From Desulfomonilaceae bacterium (lineage in GTDB: Bacteria > Desulfobacterota > Desulfomonilia > Desulfomonilales > Desulfomonilaceae), in NCBI GenBank assembly GCA_049969795.1, contig JBMFOE010000003.1, positions 11,184-75,183 of the forward strand: DNA of 64,000 bases. Reading direction: 5' to 3'. The notes under the pieces were generated by a model, which saw only the letters and a program-made list of their open reading frames with translations, was not told the DNA's origin and searched no databases. Positions 1 through 10,400 of this stretch are shown here, in pieces (the stretch's first letter is position 1; each line of letters opens with the position of its first letter). The position numbers and the translations under genes were made by a program.

Positions 1-642
1 GTGAAGGCGCTCCGTCGGCTTGAACGAGAGACCGAAGAATTGGTCCGGGAATGTCGGGGTCAAATAGAGGCGGCGATTGCCCGGCGGCCAGAGTTTCTTT
101 CCAGCCTCACGCCTCTTGAAGAAGACCCGCGAGACAGTCCTGCACCGATGCGGATGATTAGGGCGGCGATCAAGGCAGGCGTCGGTCCCATGGCTGCAGT
201 GGCGGGCGCGGTTGCAGAATTCGTCGGGAGGGCTTTATTGGCCCTGTCCCCAGAGATCATCATTGAAAATGGCGGAGACATATTTGCCCGGGTGGACACG
301 CCATTCGTCTGCGGTCTTTTCGCCGGCGCCTCCCCATTTAGCAATAGACTCGGGTTGAAGATCGAGCCGACTGGTTTGCCGGTGGGAATCTGTACGTCGT
401 CCGCGACAGTAGGGCCCTCGCGGTCGTTTGGCAGGGCGGACGCCGCGGTGGTGGTCTCATACGACGCGGCCCTTGCAGACGCGGCGGCGACTGCATTGGG
501 GAATCGTATTCAAGGGTATGCGGATCTCCGCAAGGGAGTTGAATGGGCTATGACAATACCGGGCGTCACGGCTGCGCTGGCCGTGCTCCATGACAAAATG
601 GCCGCATTGGGAGACATCGAATTAACTCCGGTATCGCCGTGA
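1..642 (+). CDS. UPF0280 / ApbE-like protein (COG2122-type), 5' end cut by window edge
   Basis: ORF is open from nt 1. The ICTSSATVGPSRSFGRADAAVVV segment resembles the UPF0280 family. It is followed directly by a NIL-ferredoxin gene. Confidence 0.55.
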   Translation: MKALRRLERETEELVRECRGQIEAAIARRPEFLSSLTPLEEDPRDSPAPMRMIRAAIKAGVGPMAAVAGAVAEFVGRALLALSPEIIIENGGDIFARVDTPFVCGLFAGASPFSNRLGLKIEPTGLPVGICTSSATVGPSRSFGRADAAVVVSYDAALADAAATALGNRIQGYADLRKGVEWAMTIPGVTAALAVLHDKMAALGDIELTPVSP

Positions 643-697
643 GATCGAGGGAAATTATTTGGCTTGTGGCAAAGGTTCAAGCCGCGAGGAAGAGACT

Positions 698-1141
698 ATG
701 GCATCCAAAAATGTATTATTGATCTTCAAGTCAAGCATCATGTATAAGCCGGTGATTTACCGTCTGGCCAAGGACTTTGATCTTGTCTTCAACATTCTCG
801 AGGCCAAGATATTGCCCCGCAGAGAAGGACGCATTCTTCTTGAACTCAGGGGCTCGGAGTCGGCCATCGACGAAGGCATCAAGTTCCTGGAAGCCCACCA
901 GGTCGTTGTAGAAATGCTTGCTGACAAGGTCTGGAGGGAAGATGAAAAGTGCACACATTGCGGCGCGTGCACCGGCCTTTGCCCTACTGGCGCCCTGCGC
1001 ATCGAGGCCCCCGAGATGAAGGTCGTCTTTGAAGTGGAAAAATGCGTGGCGTGCGGCATGTGCGGCCTCGCTTGTCCCTTTGGCGCGATGAAAGATATCA
1101 AACTCTTCGACCCCTTTGCCGAAGGCCGCGCAGGTTCCTGA
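698..1141 (+). CDS. NIL-domain protein fused to 2x[4Fe-4S] ferredoxin
   Basis: N-terminal NIL-like region (VIYRLAKDFDLVFNILEAKI) precedes two CxxCxxCxxxCP motifs (CTHCGACTGLCP, CVACGMCGLACP). Start placed at ATG 698 (MASKNVLL). Confidence 0.75.
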   Translation: MASKNVLLIFKSSIMYKPVIYRLAKDFDLVFNILEAKILPRREGRILLELRGSESAIDEGIKFLEAHQVVVEMLADKVWREDEKCTHCGACTGLCPTGALRIEAPEMKVVFEVEKCVACGMCGLACPFGAMKDIKLFDPFAEGRAGS

Positions 1142-1312
1142 GCCTTTGGGACGAAAATTGTGTTTTGCCTGTCTTGCCTCCCCAGCGGTATGTTTTGTCA
1201 GGAACAGGGCGAGGGCGTAAAATTGTATTGAAAATGGCTCGATTGTAAGCTAGTGTGAACGAATCACGGAAAAGACTCAACGGGAAAGAATCTTATGAGG
1301 AGGGATGGAGCA

Positions 1313-2398
1313 ATGGCGTCTCGGATTTTCAACTTCAATCCAGGGCCAGCCGCGCTTCCGTTGCCAGTTCTGGAGGAGGCACGGGAGGAGTTTGTCGATT
1401 TCAAAGGGTCTGGCATGTCGGTGATGGAGATCAGTCACCGGTCTGCGCTGTTCGAGGACATACTCAACGACGCGGTGGCCAGAATCAAGAGGTTGCTCAC
1501 GCTGGGCGACAATTTCAAGGTCCTTTTTCTCCAAGGGGGCGCGAGCACACAATTCGCCATGGTCCCCATGAATCTCATCCCTCCCGGAGCCTCGGCCGAT
1601 TACATCAACACAGGGACATGGGCGACGAAAGCCATCAAAGAGGCTGAAATCCTACAGAAGCCTCACAAGGTGATCGCATCGAGCAAAGACAGAGATTTCA
1701 AGTACATTCCCAAGACATTCCAGGTGACCGAAGGAGCGGCGTACCTGCACATCACCTCCAACAACACCATCAAAGGAACGCAGTGGCAGACCTTCCCAGA
1801 TGCAGGGAACGTTCCATTGGTGTCTGACATGTCTTCGGATATCCTGTCCCGGGTCTTCGACCCGCGGCCCTTTGGGCTTATTTACGCAGGCGCCCAGAAG
1901 AATCTCGGGCCTGCCGGCGTGACGCTGGTCATTATCAGAGACGACATGCTGGCGCGCGTCCCGGATGACATACCCACCATGTTCCGTTACACGACCCATG
2001 CGGAAAAGAATTCCTTGTACAACACCCCACCATGTTTCGCGATCTACATGGTGCAGCTCGTTTTGAAATGGCTCGAGGATACAGTGGGTGGGCTTGCCGC
2101 GATAGAGAAGGTGAACAAAGAAAAGGCGGCGTTGCTCTACGGCGCAATCGATCAGAGCGGGTTTTACCAAGGAACTGCTGACGTGGACAGCAGGTCCCTC
2201 ATGAACGTGACTTTCCGTCTGCCTAACGAGGATCTCGAGAAGAAGTTCGTGGCCGAGGCGCAAAAGCAAGGGCTTGGAGGACTGAAAGGACATCGATCAG
2301 TGGGCGGTTGCAGGGCATCTCTTTACAATGCAGTCGGTATGGAGGCGGTCCAGGCCCTGGTGGATTTCATGAAAGAGTTTGAGAAAAAGAACGGTTGA
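1313..2398 (+). CDS. serC: phosphoserine aminotransferase
   Basis: MASRIFNFNPGPAALP N-terminus is typical of SerC. GGAGG-type RBS at 1298-1306. Full length about 361 aa. Confidence 0.9.
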   Translation: MASRIFNFNPGPAALPLPVLEEAREEFVDFKGSGMSVMEISHRSALFEDILNDAVARIKRLLTLGDNFKVLFLQGGASTQFAMVPMNLIPPGASADYINTGTWATKAIKEAEILQKPHKVIASSKDRDFKYIPKTFQVTEGAAYLHITSNNTIKGTQWQTFPDAGNVPLVSDMSSDILSRVFDPRPFGLIYAGAQKNLGPAGVTLVIIRDDMLARVPDDIPTMFRYTTHAEKNSLYNTPPCFAIYMVQLVLKWLEDTVGGLAAIEKVNKEKAALLYGAIDQSGFYQGTADVDSRSLMNVTFRLPNEDLEKKFVAEAQKQGLGGLKGHRSVGGCRASLYNAVGMEAVQALVDFMKEFEKKNG

Positions 2399-2420
2399 TA
2401 CCTGTCGAGGGAGGCTTCCC

Positions 2421-4028
2421 ATGACGCATCGCATTCTCGTCTCTGACAACCTGCACCAAAAGGGCGTGGAGTATTTCGCGTCCCAGGCAGATTTTACCGT
2501 GGACGTCCGTCCGGGTCTTGCGCCGGAGGTCCTGAGGGCTGCGATTGCCGACTATGATGGATTGGTAATCAGAAGCGATACGAGAGTGACCAAGGACGTC
2601 CTTCAGAATGCGAAAAAATTAAAGGTCATCGGGAGGGCTGGTACAGGTCTGGACAACGTCGATATTCAAGAAGCGACGCGGCGGGGAATCGTGGTGATGA
2701 ACACCCCAGGCGGGAATTCTGAATCAGCGGCCGAACTGACCATTGCGATGATCATGGCCGTGCACAGACACATTCCCCAAGCCGTGGCCTCGATGAAATC
2801 GGGCAAATGGGAGAAGAAGAAGTTCCAAGGGCGTGAAATGGCCGGCAAGGTCCTCGGAGTGATAGGGCTCGGTAAAATCGGGAGCATCGTCGCGAGACGG
2901 GCTATACGAGGCCTCAAAATGTCTGTCTTAGCCTATGATCCCGCGAGAACCCCGGAGGCAATTTCCCAAATCGGAGCGAAGCCGGCGTCTTTGGAAGAAA
3001 TATATCGCAAGTCGGACGTGATTACCGTTCACACGCCGCTGAATGAATCCACGAGAGGTCTTGTGGGGGCCGAGGCTTTTCGCATGATGAAAGACGGCGT
3101 CTTCATCGTGAACTGCGCTCGAGGAGGCATCTTGGATGAAGACGCCTTGCTCGAGGCGCTCGAGTCGGGAAAGGTCGCGGGCGCTGCCCTGGATGATTTT
3201 ACGATGAAACCGCCTGGCCAGCATCCGCTTGTCATGCATCCTCGCGTGGTTGCGACGCCGCACCTTGGCGCTTCCACCAGCGAAGCGCAAATCACCGTCG
3301 CGGTAGCGATTGCCGAACAGGTTGTGGCTTATCTCAGGGATGGGGTGGTAAGAAACGCGGTCAATGCGCCTTGCGCAGACCCTACTGCGAACCGGAAAAT
3401 CGGCGCGTACACGGATCTTGCCAAGAGGCTCGGGGAATTCGTCGGCGGCTTGCTCACAGGCGGCGTGGCAGAGATGCAAGTCGAGTATTTGGGTGAACTG
3501 ACCTCCTGGTCGGACGTCGCGCCTCTTACCAACTCGGCGCTCGTGGGCCTCCTGGTGCAATACGAAGGCGCGGAAGTCAACCCGGTGAATGCGCGGGTGA
3601 TAGCCGAAGACAGAGGGATAAAGATATTGGAAACCAGGACTCAGGAGCCCATTCAGTTGGGAGCGGACCTGGGCGTCGCCGCGCGCAATGCACAAGGAGA
3701 GCAAGTCAGGGCGCTTGGCGCGCTGATTCAACGAGTCGGAGACGAACCGCGCATCGTCGGGATTGACAGTTTTGTGACGGAAGCAGTTCCAGCCGGACCC
3801 ATGTTGGTCGTGATGAATCGAGATATTCCGGGGGTTGTGGCAGGGGTCTCCGGCGCGCTCGCAGCCAACGGTATCAATATAGGTCAGATGAACCTCTCGC
3901 GGGATCGCCCGGGCGGTATGGCAATGTCCATCATCAACATTGACGTTCCCGCGCCGACAGCCGTCCTGGCAATGATCGAAAGGATCGAAGGAATTGTTCG
4001 AGTGAGGCAGGTGACGCTTGACTGGTAG
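2421..4028 (+). CDS. serA: D-3-phosphoglycerate dehydrogenase (long form with C-terminal ACT domain)
   Basis: 2-hydroxyacid dehydrogenase motifs (GVIGLGKIGSIVARR, NCARGG) and an ACT-like C-terminus (VVMNRDIPGVVAGVSGALAANGINI). RBS GAGGGAGG lies before ATG 2421. Confidence 0.9.
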   Translation: MTHRILVSDNLHQKGVEYFASQADFTVDVRPGLAPEVLRAAIADYDGLVIRSDTRVTKDVLQNAKKLKVIGRAGTGLDNVDIQEATRRGIVVMNTPGGNSESAAELTIAMIMAVHRHIPQAVASMKSGKWEKKKFQGREMAGKVLGVIGLGKIGSIVARRAIRGLKMSVLAYDPARTPEAISQIGAKPASLEEIYRKSDVITVHTPLNESTRGLVGAEAFRMMKDGVFIVNCARGGILDEDALLEALESGKVAGAALDDFTMKPPGQHPLVMHPRVVATPHLGASTSEAQITVAVAIAEQVVAYLRDGVVRNAVNAPCADPTANRKIGAYTDLAKRLGEFVGGLLTGGVAEMQVEYLGELTSWSDVAPLTNSALVGLLVQYEGAEVNPVNARVIAEDRGIKILETRTQEPIQLGADLGVAARNAQGEQVRALGALIQRVGDEPRIVGIDSFVTEAVPAGPMLVVMNRDIPGVVAGVSGALAANGINIGQMNLSRDRPGGMAMSIINIDVPAPTAVLAMIERIEGIVRVRQVTLDW

Positions 4029-4105
4029 TCGGATAATGCGCGCGACGTGAGGCCGCTCGAACGCTTGCGGAGGACGTGTTCATCTGTAATACGCGAGAAA
4101 GGTAA

Positions 4106-5401
<1,296 letters not shown>

Positions 5402-5471
5402 GCATCCTTTTCGACGACTAGGGAGGGGGCCGCAGCAGCTTTGGTTTACGGCTACTTCCTGAGCCGGGGCG

Positions 5472-6227
5472 TCACGAGCGGGAGACGCACAGCCGCTCGA
5501 TATCCCGCTGCACCTCCTTATCCTGAAACGCCGCTGGATCCTCGAGGTAACGGTTAATGACGTCCCATTCCATGGGATGCATGAATTCCTTGAGCGTGTG
5601 AATGCCCGCGGATTTGAATGGGATCAATCGCAGTAAATTCACGCCAAGCTTTTTAGCTGCCTCCTCGCCGCCTTGTTCTCGGTCAATGACCACGGCGACG
5701 ACGGAGCACACAACGTTGGGGATGCTTCGCCTGGTCAACTCATGTCTGACTTGCTCCAAGGCAATAAGTTTGCTGTCGAAACGCGTCACGAGATCGTCGA
5801 TGAGCGCGAGCCGGTCCCCCGGGACAATTTCTCCTTCCACAAGCGCATGCTCTCCATAAGATGAGATGGTTTTTTGAAGCATCTCAATATTCTTGACTCC
5901 TTCGAGCTTGCGAGTGAAGGCCGCTGGCATGTTGGCGGCAATGGCCATGCCTGCCACGAGGGGAATGCCCGCCATAGCAATGCCGACGGCCTTGTTTATG
6001 TCTGCCGCCTCTTCTTGGAGTAAGCGGCCCATGGCTTGGCAAATGAGCCGAAATCCATGAGGATAGGACAGAATCGGGCGGAGCTGGATGTACAGGGGAC
6101 TGTAAAGCCCTGAAATAAGCGTCCAGCCTGACGGTTTGTCGCGATAAAACGTTTTGATCATGCCGGCCTGATAAAGAAACGCCAGGATTTGGCGGCCAAG
6201 ATCCATTTTTTCTTCTTCCCAAGTCAT
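5472..6227 (-). CDS. orotate phosphoribosyltransferase-like (type I PRTase fold) protein
   Basis: PRPP-loop-like RLALIDDLVTRFDSK and PyrE-like N-terminal half. Start chosen at MTWEEEK (ATG 6227), not at the longer upstream ORF. Confidence 0.55.
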   Translation of the reverse strand: MTWEEEKMDLGRQILAFLYQAGMIKTFYRDKPSGWTLISGLYSPLYIQLRPILSYPHGFRLICQAMGRLLQEEAADINKAVGIAMAGIPLVAGMAIAANMPAAFTRKLEGVKNIEMLQKTISSYGEHALVEGEIVPGDRLALIDDLVTRFDSKLIALEQVRHELTRRSIPNVVCSVVAVVIDREQGGEEAAKKLGVNLLRLIPFKSAGIHTLKEFMHPMEWDVINRYLEDPAAFQDKEVQRDIERLCVSRS

Positions 6228-6499
6228 AGGGAAAACCTCGCATGAGAGAGCTTCTGTGATAGGGGGGCGGGTTGCCACGCGATGCTGAGGGTAGTATAGC
6301 AGCTCTCGAAGCAAAACGCGAATGCGTCGTCGGCGTATCTGCTCGCTTGAGATAAGCCGCCGGCGCTTGGTCGTTCGCCGCTCCTTGCAATAACACGAGG
6401 CCCTTGCCGGCGGTATCGCATGTAGGCGTAGAGCGGTTCCCCGAATGAATCACGAATTCCACGAAGCGACGCTCCATTTTGGGGCTTTTCTCTTTGTCA

Positions 6500-6577
6500 T
6501 TTTACCTGAAAACGCCATAGTTCTTTTCAGAACGGTATTTTCATCTCCCGTTGTCTCCTCTTGTCATGGGAGTTCGA
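6500..6577 (+). repeat. 78-bp intergenic repeat, copy 1 (family C)
   Basis: TTTTACCTGAAAACGCCATAGTTCTTTTCAGAACGGTATTTTCATCTCCCGTTG...TTGTCATGGGAGTTCGA recurs at 23782-23858 in the same orientation. The only differences are a few substitutions or indels and one variable 7-8 nt loop. Confidence 0.8.
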
Positions 6578-6828
6578 CAGAAATTTCGAGCCATAGTACA
6601 CAGTGATCTCTGGATATTTTTAGAAAAACGACCGTAGTCAAACGCGTTCCGCGAAACCTCGGGGAGGGGCGCGTTGCCTCGTCAAGGAACGTATTTTGGG
6701 AAGTGTAAATCCAAGTCATCGTAGAACCCGCGCAAAGCCCGCGCAGCGTCTAGGGCTTTCAATTTGACTGAGGCGCGTAAAGAGTGTAACTTTCGCATAA
6801 TGTGTGAAAACCATTGAGGATGAGTCTT

Positions 6829-8445
6829 ATGTTAAAGAACAGGCATATACTGATCATAGGCGCGCGTGCGGGGGGCTATGGCGAGGGGATAGCGAAAGCG
6901 GCTGTTCGCGGGGGCGCCACGGTGTTCGGCACCACACTAAATCCTGAAGAGCCTCGTGAGGCGGCGTTCTTTCAGGACCTGGGGATTTCTCTGGTGGAGA
7001 TCCCTTTGCGGTATGATGCGGATAAGCGGGCTGCAGTGCAAGAGCGCTGCCGGGAGATTGGGCAATACCTCAAGGCGCGAGGGGTAGATAGGCTCGATGC
7101 GGTGGTGCACGCGGTCGCGGGGGGATTCCCGCGGCAGCCGTCGGTGATGAAGGCCGTGGGCGACATTCTCAGGGGTAAGCAGACGTTCTCCGACATGGCC
7201 ACGCTCGTGAGAAAGAACGTCTATTACGTGAATGCAATCTCTTTCCAAGATACGATCGCAGGACTCCAAGACGTCTGCGACGATCAGACGCAATATGTCG
7301 CGCTGACCTATCGCGGGGAATTGCCCTATTTTATTTCAGACACCAAGAGGCATCTGGAATACATTGCTGCTCGATTGGCGCGAGAAGGCAAAAGAACTCT
7401 CGTAGTTGCCTTGCCTGAGGCGTGGACGCAATCCTCTCAATTTTTCACGGGCATTGAATTGGCAATCGTGTATAACTACCTGCAGATGAAGGACATTGCC
7501 GATGATGCGCCGCTGGACATGGGGGAATCCTTTCAGCGCATGGAGTCGTCTTTGGCTGCATTGGCTGGATGGAGCGGCGTGCTGGATTCTCTCAGGTCAT
7601 ACCTTCACGCAGAATGGGCGACCATCGCAAGCTCACAAGATTCGGCTCGGCTGTGGAACATGGTGCAAGAGCTTTTTGCTCGCATGCGCAAAGATGGAAC
7701 GTTCCCAGTGTTGAGGAAGGCAGTCGAAATTATTTCGGAATTTGTGAGAGAAGGCAGCGGGGTCATCCTCGCGAGGGAATTCCTCGCGGGCAATAAGTTC
7801 AATGCAGGCGACGTGCGTCAGGTGTTCTGTCATCACTTTGTGAGACAAAGCGAAGTTCCTTGCGCCCCGCCGCGACCACCTCGGACGGCCCCAGCAGTCC
7901 TCAGGCGGCGCTGGGTAGAGTACGACAAGGAAGAAATTCGCCAGACCCTGAAGATGTATGGCGCAAACTTTCTCTTTCTCGACAAGGTGATTATGGAGGC
8001 CGGCGGTTTCCGCAATGGCCTGATGGGGTTTGGAAAATACACGGTGCCGTCTCCCGAGACAAATCCTATTTTGAGAGACCATTTTGTGGGGATGCCGCTC
8101 TTCGGGGGTCATCTACAAATGGAAGCGGTCGCGCAACTCGGCACCTTTATGATCATGAAGCTCCTCAAAGATAGAAGGCTCGTCCCCATACTGACTGGTA
8201 CGGAATTCCCGGATCTCAATACCATGGCGCCTCCAGGAGAAACCCTTACCTTCGTGGGCGTCATGGGATTCACCAACAAGAGAGACCTATGGCTGGACGC
8301 CTTTATAGAAAACCGATATGCCAGGTCAAAGGGCGTCATCCGCGGCATGGTGTTGAATGAGCGAGTGGTGCGGAAGATGACAGCGTCTTTCGCTGAGGAC
8401 ATGACGTCGGACGACGACACGGCATTAGCTGGCTGGGAGAAATGA
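6829..8445 (+). CDS. fusion protein: FabV/FabI-like NAD(P)H Rossmann (enoyl-reductase-like) domain + FabZ/FabA-like hotdog dehydratase domain
   Basis: N-terminal ILIIGARAGGYGEGIAKA and ALTYRGELPYFISDTKRHLEY. Pro-rich linker PPRPPRTAP. C-terminal DHFVGMPLFGGHLQMEAVAQLG, a FabZ-like His/Glu motif. GAGGA RBS before ATG 6829; the ORF itself opens at TTG 6814. Confidence 0.6.
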   Translation: MLKNRHILIIGARAGGYGEGIAKAAVRGGATVFGTTLNPEEPREAAFFQDLGISLVEIPLRYDADKRAAVQERCREIGQYLKARGVDRLDAVVHAVAGGFPRQPSVMKAVGDILRGKQTFSDMATLVRKNVYYVNAISFQDTIAGLQDVCDDQTQYVALTYRGELPYFISDTKRHLEYIAARLAREGKRTLVVALPEAWTQSSQFFTGIELAIVYNYLQMKDIADDAPLDMGESFQRMESSLAALAGWSGVLDSLRSYLHAEWATIASSQDSARLWNMVQELFARMRKDGTFPVLRKAVEIISEFVREGSGVILAREFLAGNKFNAGDVRQVFCHHFVRQSEVPCAPPRPPRTAPAVLRRRWVEYDKEEIRQTLKMYGANFLFLDKVIMEAGGFRNGLMGFGKYTVPSPETNPILRDHFVGMPLFGGHLQMEAVAQLGTFMIMKLLKDRRLVPILTGTEFPDLNTMAPPGETLTFVGVMGFTNKRDLWLDAFIENRYARSKGVIRGMVLNERVVRKMTASFAEDMTSDDDTALAGWEK

Positions 8446-9527
8446 TTTCTTCAAAATGGGATCTGAGTCGATCTGCTGAAAAGGTGCATGAACTCGAGGA
8501 GTGTCTGCGGAACCAATCGGCGTCTCGCATCACCATCCTTTGTCACAACAATCCTGATCCCGATACCATTGCAAGCGCCTATGCATTTGATTATCTCTTG
8601 GCAAAAAAATTTGGGGTCCGATCTTTTATCCGCTATGGAGGCGTTATCACGAGGGCTGAAAACAAGGCCATGGTCAAGAGGCTGCGAATCAAGCTGCTCC
8701 CTTTGGAGCGAATCAAGGACGCGCCTACCGACGCGCTGGCCTTGATAGATGCGCAACCCGCTACCGGCAACAACTTGATTTTGTCGAGAGATATCGTCCC
8801 GCTCATTGTGATCGATCACCATCCTTTGAGGCGGGCGACGCAACGCTCCCCTTTTCATGACGTGAGACCCCTGTACGGGTCCACTTCCACCATCATCACG
8901 GAATACCTTGTGGCAGCGGGGCTTACGCCTACGAGATCGGTCGCCAACGCCTTGCTGTATGGACTCAAGACAGATACCGGCTCGTTGGTGCGGACGTCAT
9001 GCAAGTCTGATTTCCGAGCTTTTTCCTTTCTTTCTCCCCTCACCAATCCCCGAGTCCTGGGATGGATAGAAAAGCCCCCGTTGCCCCAGTCATATTTCGA
9101 GGACTACTGTAAAGGCTTGGCGAGCGCCGTCATCTACAAGGACGTCGCGGTATCGTACATTGGCGCAGTGGAGTCAGAAGCCATTGTCCCGGAACTCGCG
9201 GACGTGCTTCTCAGGATCGATCATGTGAGCTGGTCGCTTTGTATGGGACTTGTGGGAAGCGTGCTGGTTCTGTCTCTGCGCTCGAAGTCTCGGAAATACA
9301 AAGCAGGGGTGATGCTCAGGAAGCTCGTGGGAAAAGTAGGGTCGGCAGGTGGCCATCGAGAAATGGCGGGAGGCGTTATGCCCGTGGCCGGCATGACCGA
9401 TGATGAAATAAAGGAGCTCGGCGATGACGTGATCGAAAGGTTCCTTTCCCTCATCGGCCGGAGAGGAAATCGACCAGACAAGCTCATCCACGAAGCGTGG
9501 CGTCGCCTCGACAATCAGGGTCGTTAA
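8442..9527 (+). CDS. DHH/DHHA1-family phosphoesterase (NrnA-like)
   Basis: Motifs HNNPDPDTIAS, IDHH and DHHA1-type GSAGGHREMAGG. The start ATG overlaps the upstream stop (ATGA at 8442-8445). Confidence 0.8.
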   Translation: MISSKWDLSRSAEKVHELEECLRNQSASRITILCHNNPDPDTIASAYAFDYLLAKKFGVRSFIRYGGVITRAENKAMVKRLRIKLLPLERIKDAPTDALALIDAQPATGNNLILSRDIVPLIVIDHHPLRRATQRSPFHDVRPLYGSTSTIITEYLVAAGLTPTRSVANALLYGLKTDTGSLVRTSCKSDFRAFSFLSPLTNPRVLGWIEKPPLPQSYFEDYCKGLASAVIYKDVAVSYIGAVESEAIVPELADVLLRIDHVSWSLCMGLVGSVLVLSLRSKSRKYKAGVMLRKLVGKVGSAGGHREMAGGVMPVAGMTDDEIKELGDDVIERFLSLIGRRGNRPDKLIHEAWRRLDNQGR

Positions 9528-10345
9528 AGATCAGCCCGCGTCGACCAGTATTGCAAAAGCTGCGAGACGAGCTGCCGAGACGTGTACAGCCCTCCTGTCA
9601 TGCCTGCAAAGACGCTCTCGCCGCCAAAAAGCGCTTGAACGATCTCGTCGATCTTGCGACCTTGGCGCTTCATCTCATACGCCCGTGACGCGAGCTCGAG
9701 ATGCCAGTCCATGCAACGCGACAATCGCTCTCTCCCGTTCCTCTCGATGGTTCTCAAGGAAGTGAACAGTATAAGCCTCTCCATGGGGAGTTCGCAGAGT
9801 TTCTTCATGGATGCCAACATCTGCCCGATGTCGTTTTCAGGCGACGCGGTTCGAGGCGTCTGTCCGATATAAAGGTCGCCAGAAAATACCCATCCCTTGT
9901 CTCGTTCCACGATGCAGACATGGCCCCGGCAATGCCCTGGCGCGTCGATCACCTCGAAAGAATGCTTGCTGGTACGGATTTCACGGTGAATTGGCTGAGG
10001 AAACGATGGTTGCGGAGTCCCCCAAAGCCTCTCACGATACTCGGAAAGCGCGGGCGGCCGCTCTATGAACGGAATGGCAAGGGGATGGGCGTACAAGGGG
10101 ATATTAAAGGCATCCTGGAGGAGTCGATTTCCGCCGATGTGATCTTCGTGGTGGTGGCTGTTCACGATGAGTTCTAATTTCTGGGCGGTGAGGTATTCGA
10201 GCAGACTGGTTGCCGAATATGCGGCCCCGGTATCGATCAAGAGGCCGTCGATGAGGTATGCCGAGACCCAGTAGCGCAGACTCCCCTGGGCGTTGGAACA
10301 CATGCGTATCTGGGTTACCTCTTCAAACTGTACAATCTCCAGCAT
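9524..10345 (-). CDS. MBL-fold metallo-hydrolase
   Basis: HHHEDHIGGN (HxHxDH) motif and a later GHCRGH. Start taken at MLEIVQFEE (ATG 10345). Confidence 0.75.
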   Translation of the reverse strand: MLEIVQFEEVTQIRMCSNAQGSLRYWVSAYLIDGLLIDTGAAYSATSLLEYLTAQKLELIVNSHHHEDHIGGNRLLQDAFNIPLYAHPLAIPFIERPPALSEYRERLWGTPQPSFPQPIHREIRTSKHSFEVIDAPGHCRGHVCIVERDKGWVFSGDLYIGQTPRTASPENDIGQMLASMKKLCELPMERLILFTSLRTIERNGRERLSRCMDWHLELASRAYEMKRQGRKIDEIVQALFGGESVFAGMTGGLYTSRQLVSQLLQYWSTRADL

Positions 10346-10400
10346 GATCGATGCGTGCGAAGAAAAGCCTTTCTGCGTGCGCCGTAATAGAGGAGCGGCC

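Noticed and set aside
5884-6477. 197-aa minus-strand ORF overlapping the PRTase-like gene in another frame
   Set aside because: Pro/Arg/Ser/Gly-rich composition. The overlapping frame, 5472-6227, has clear PRTase motifs.
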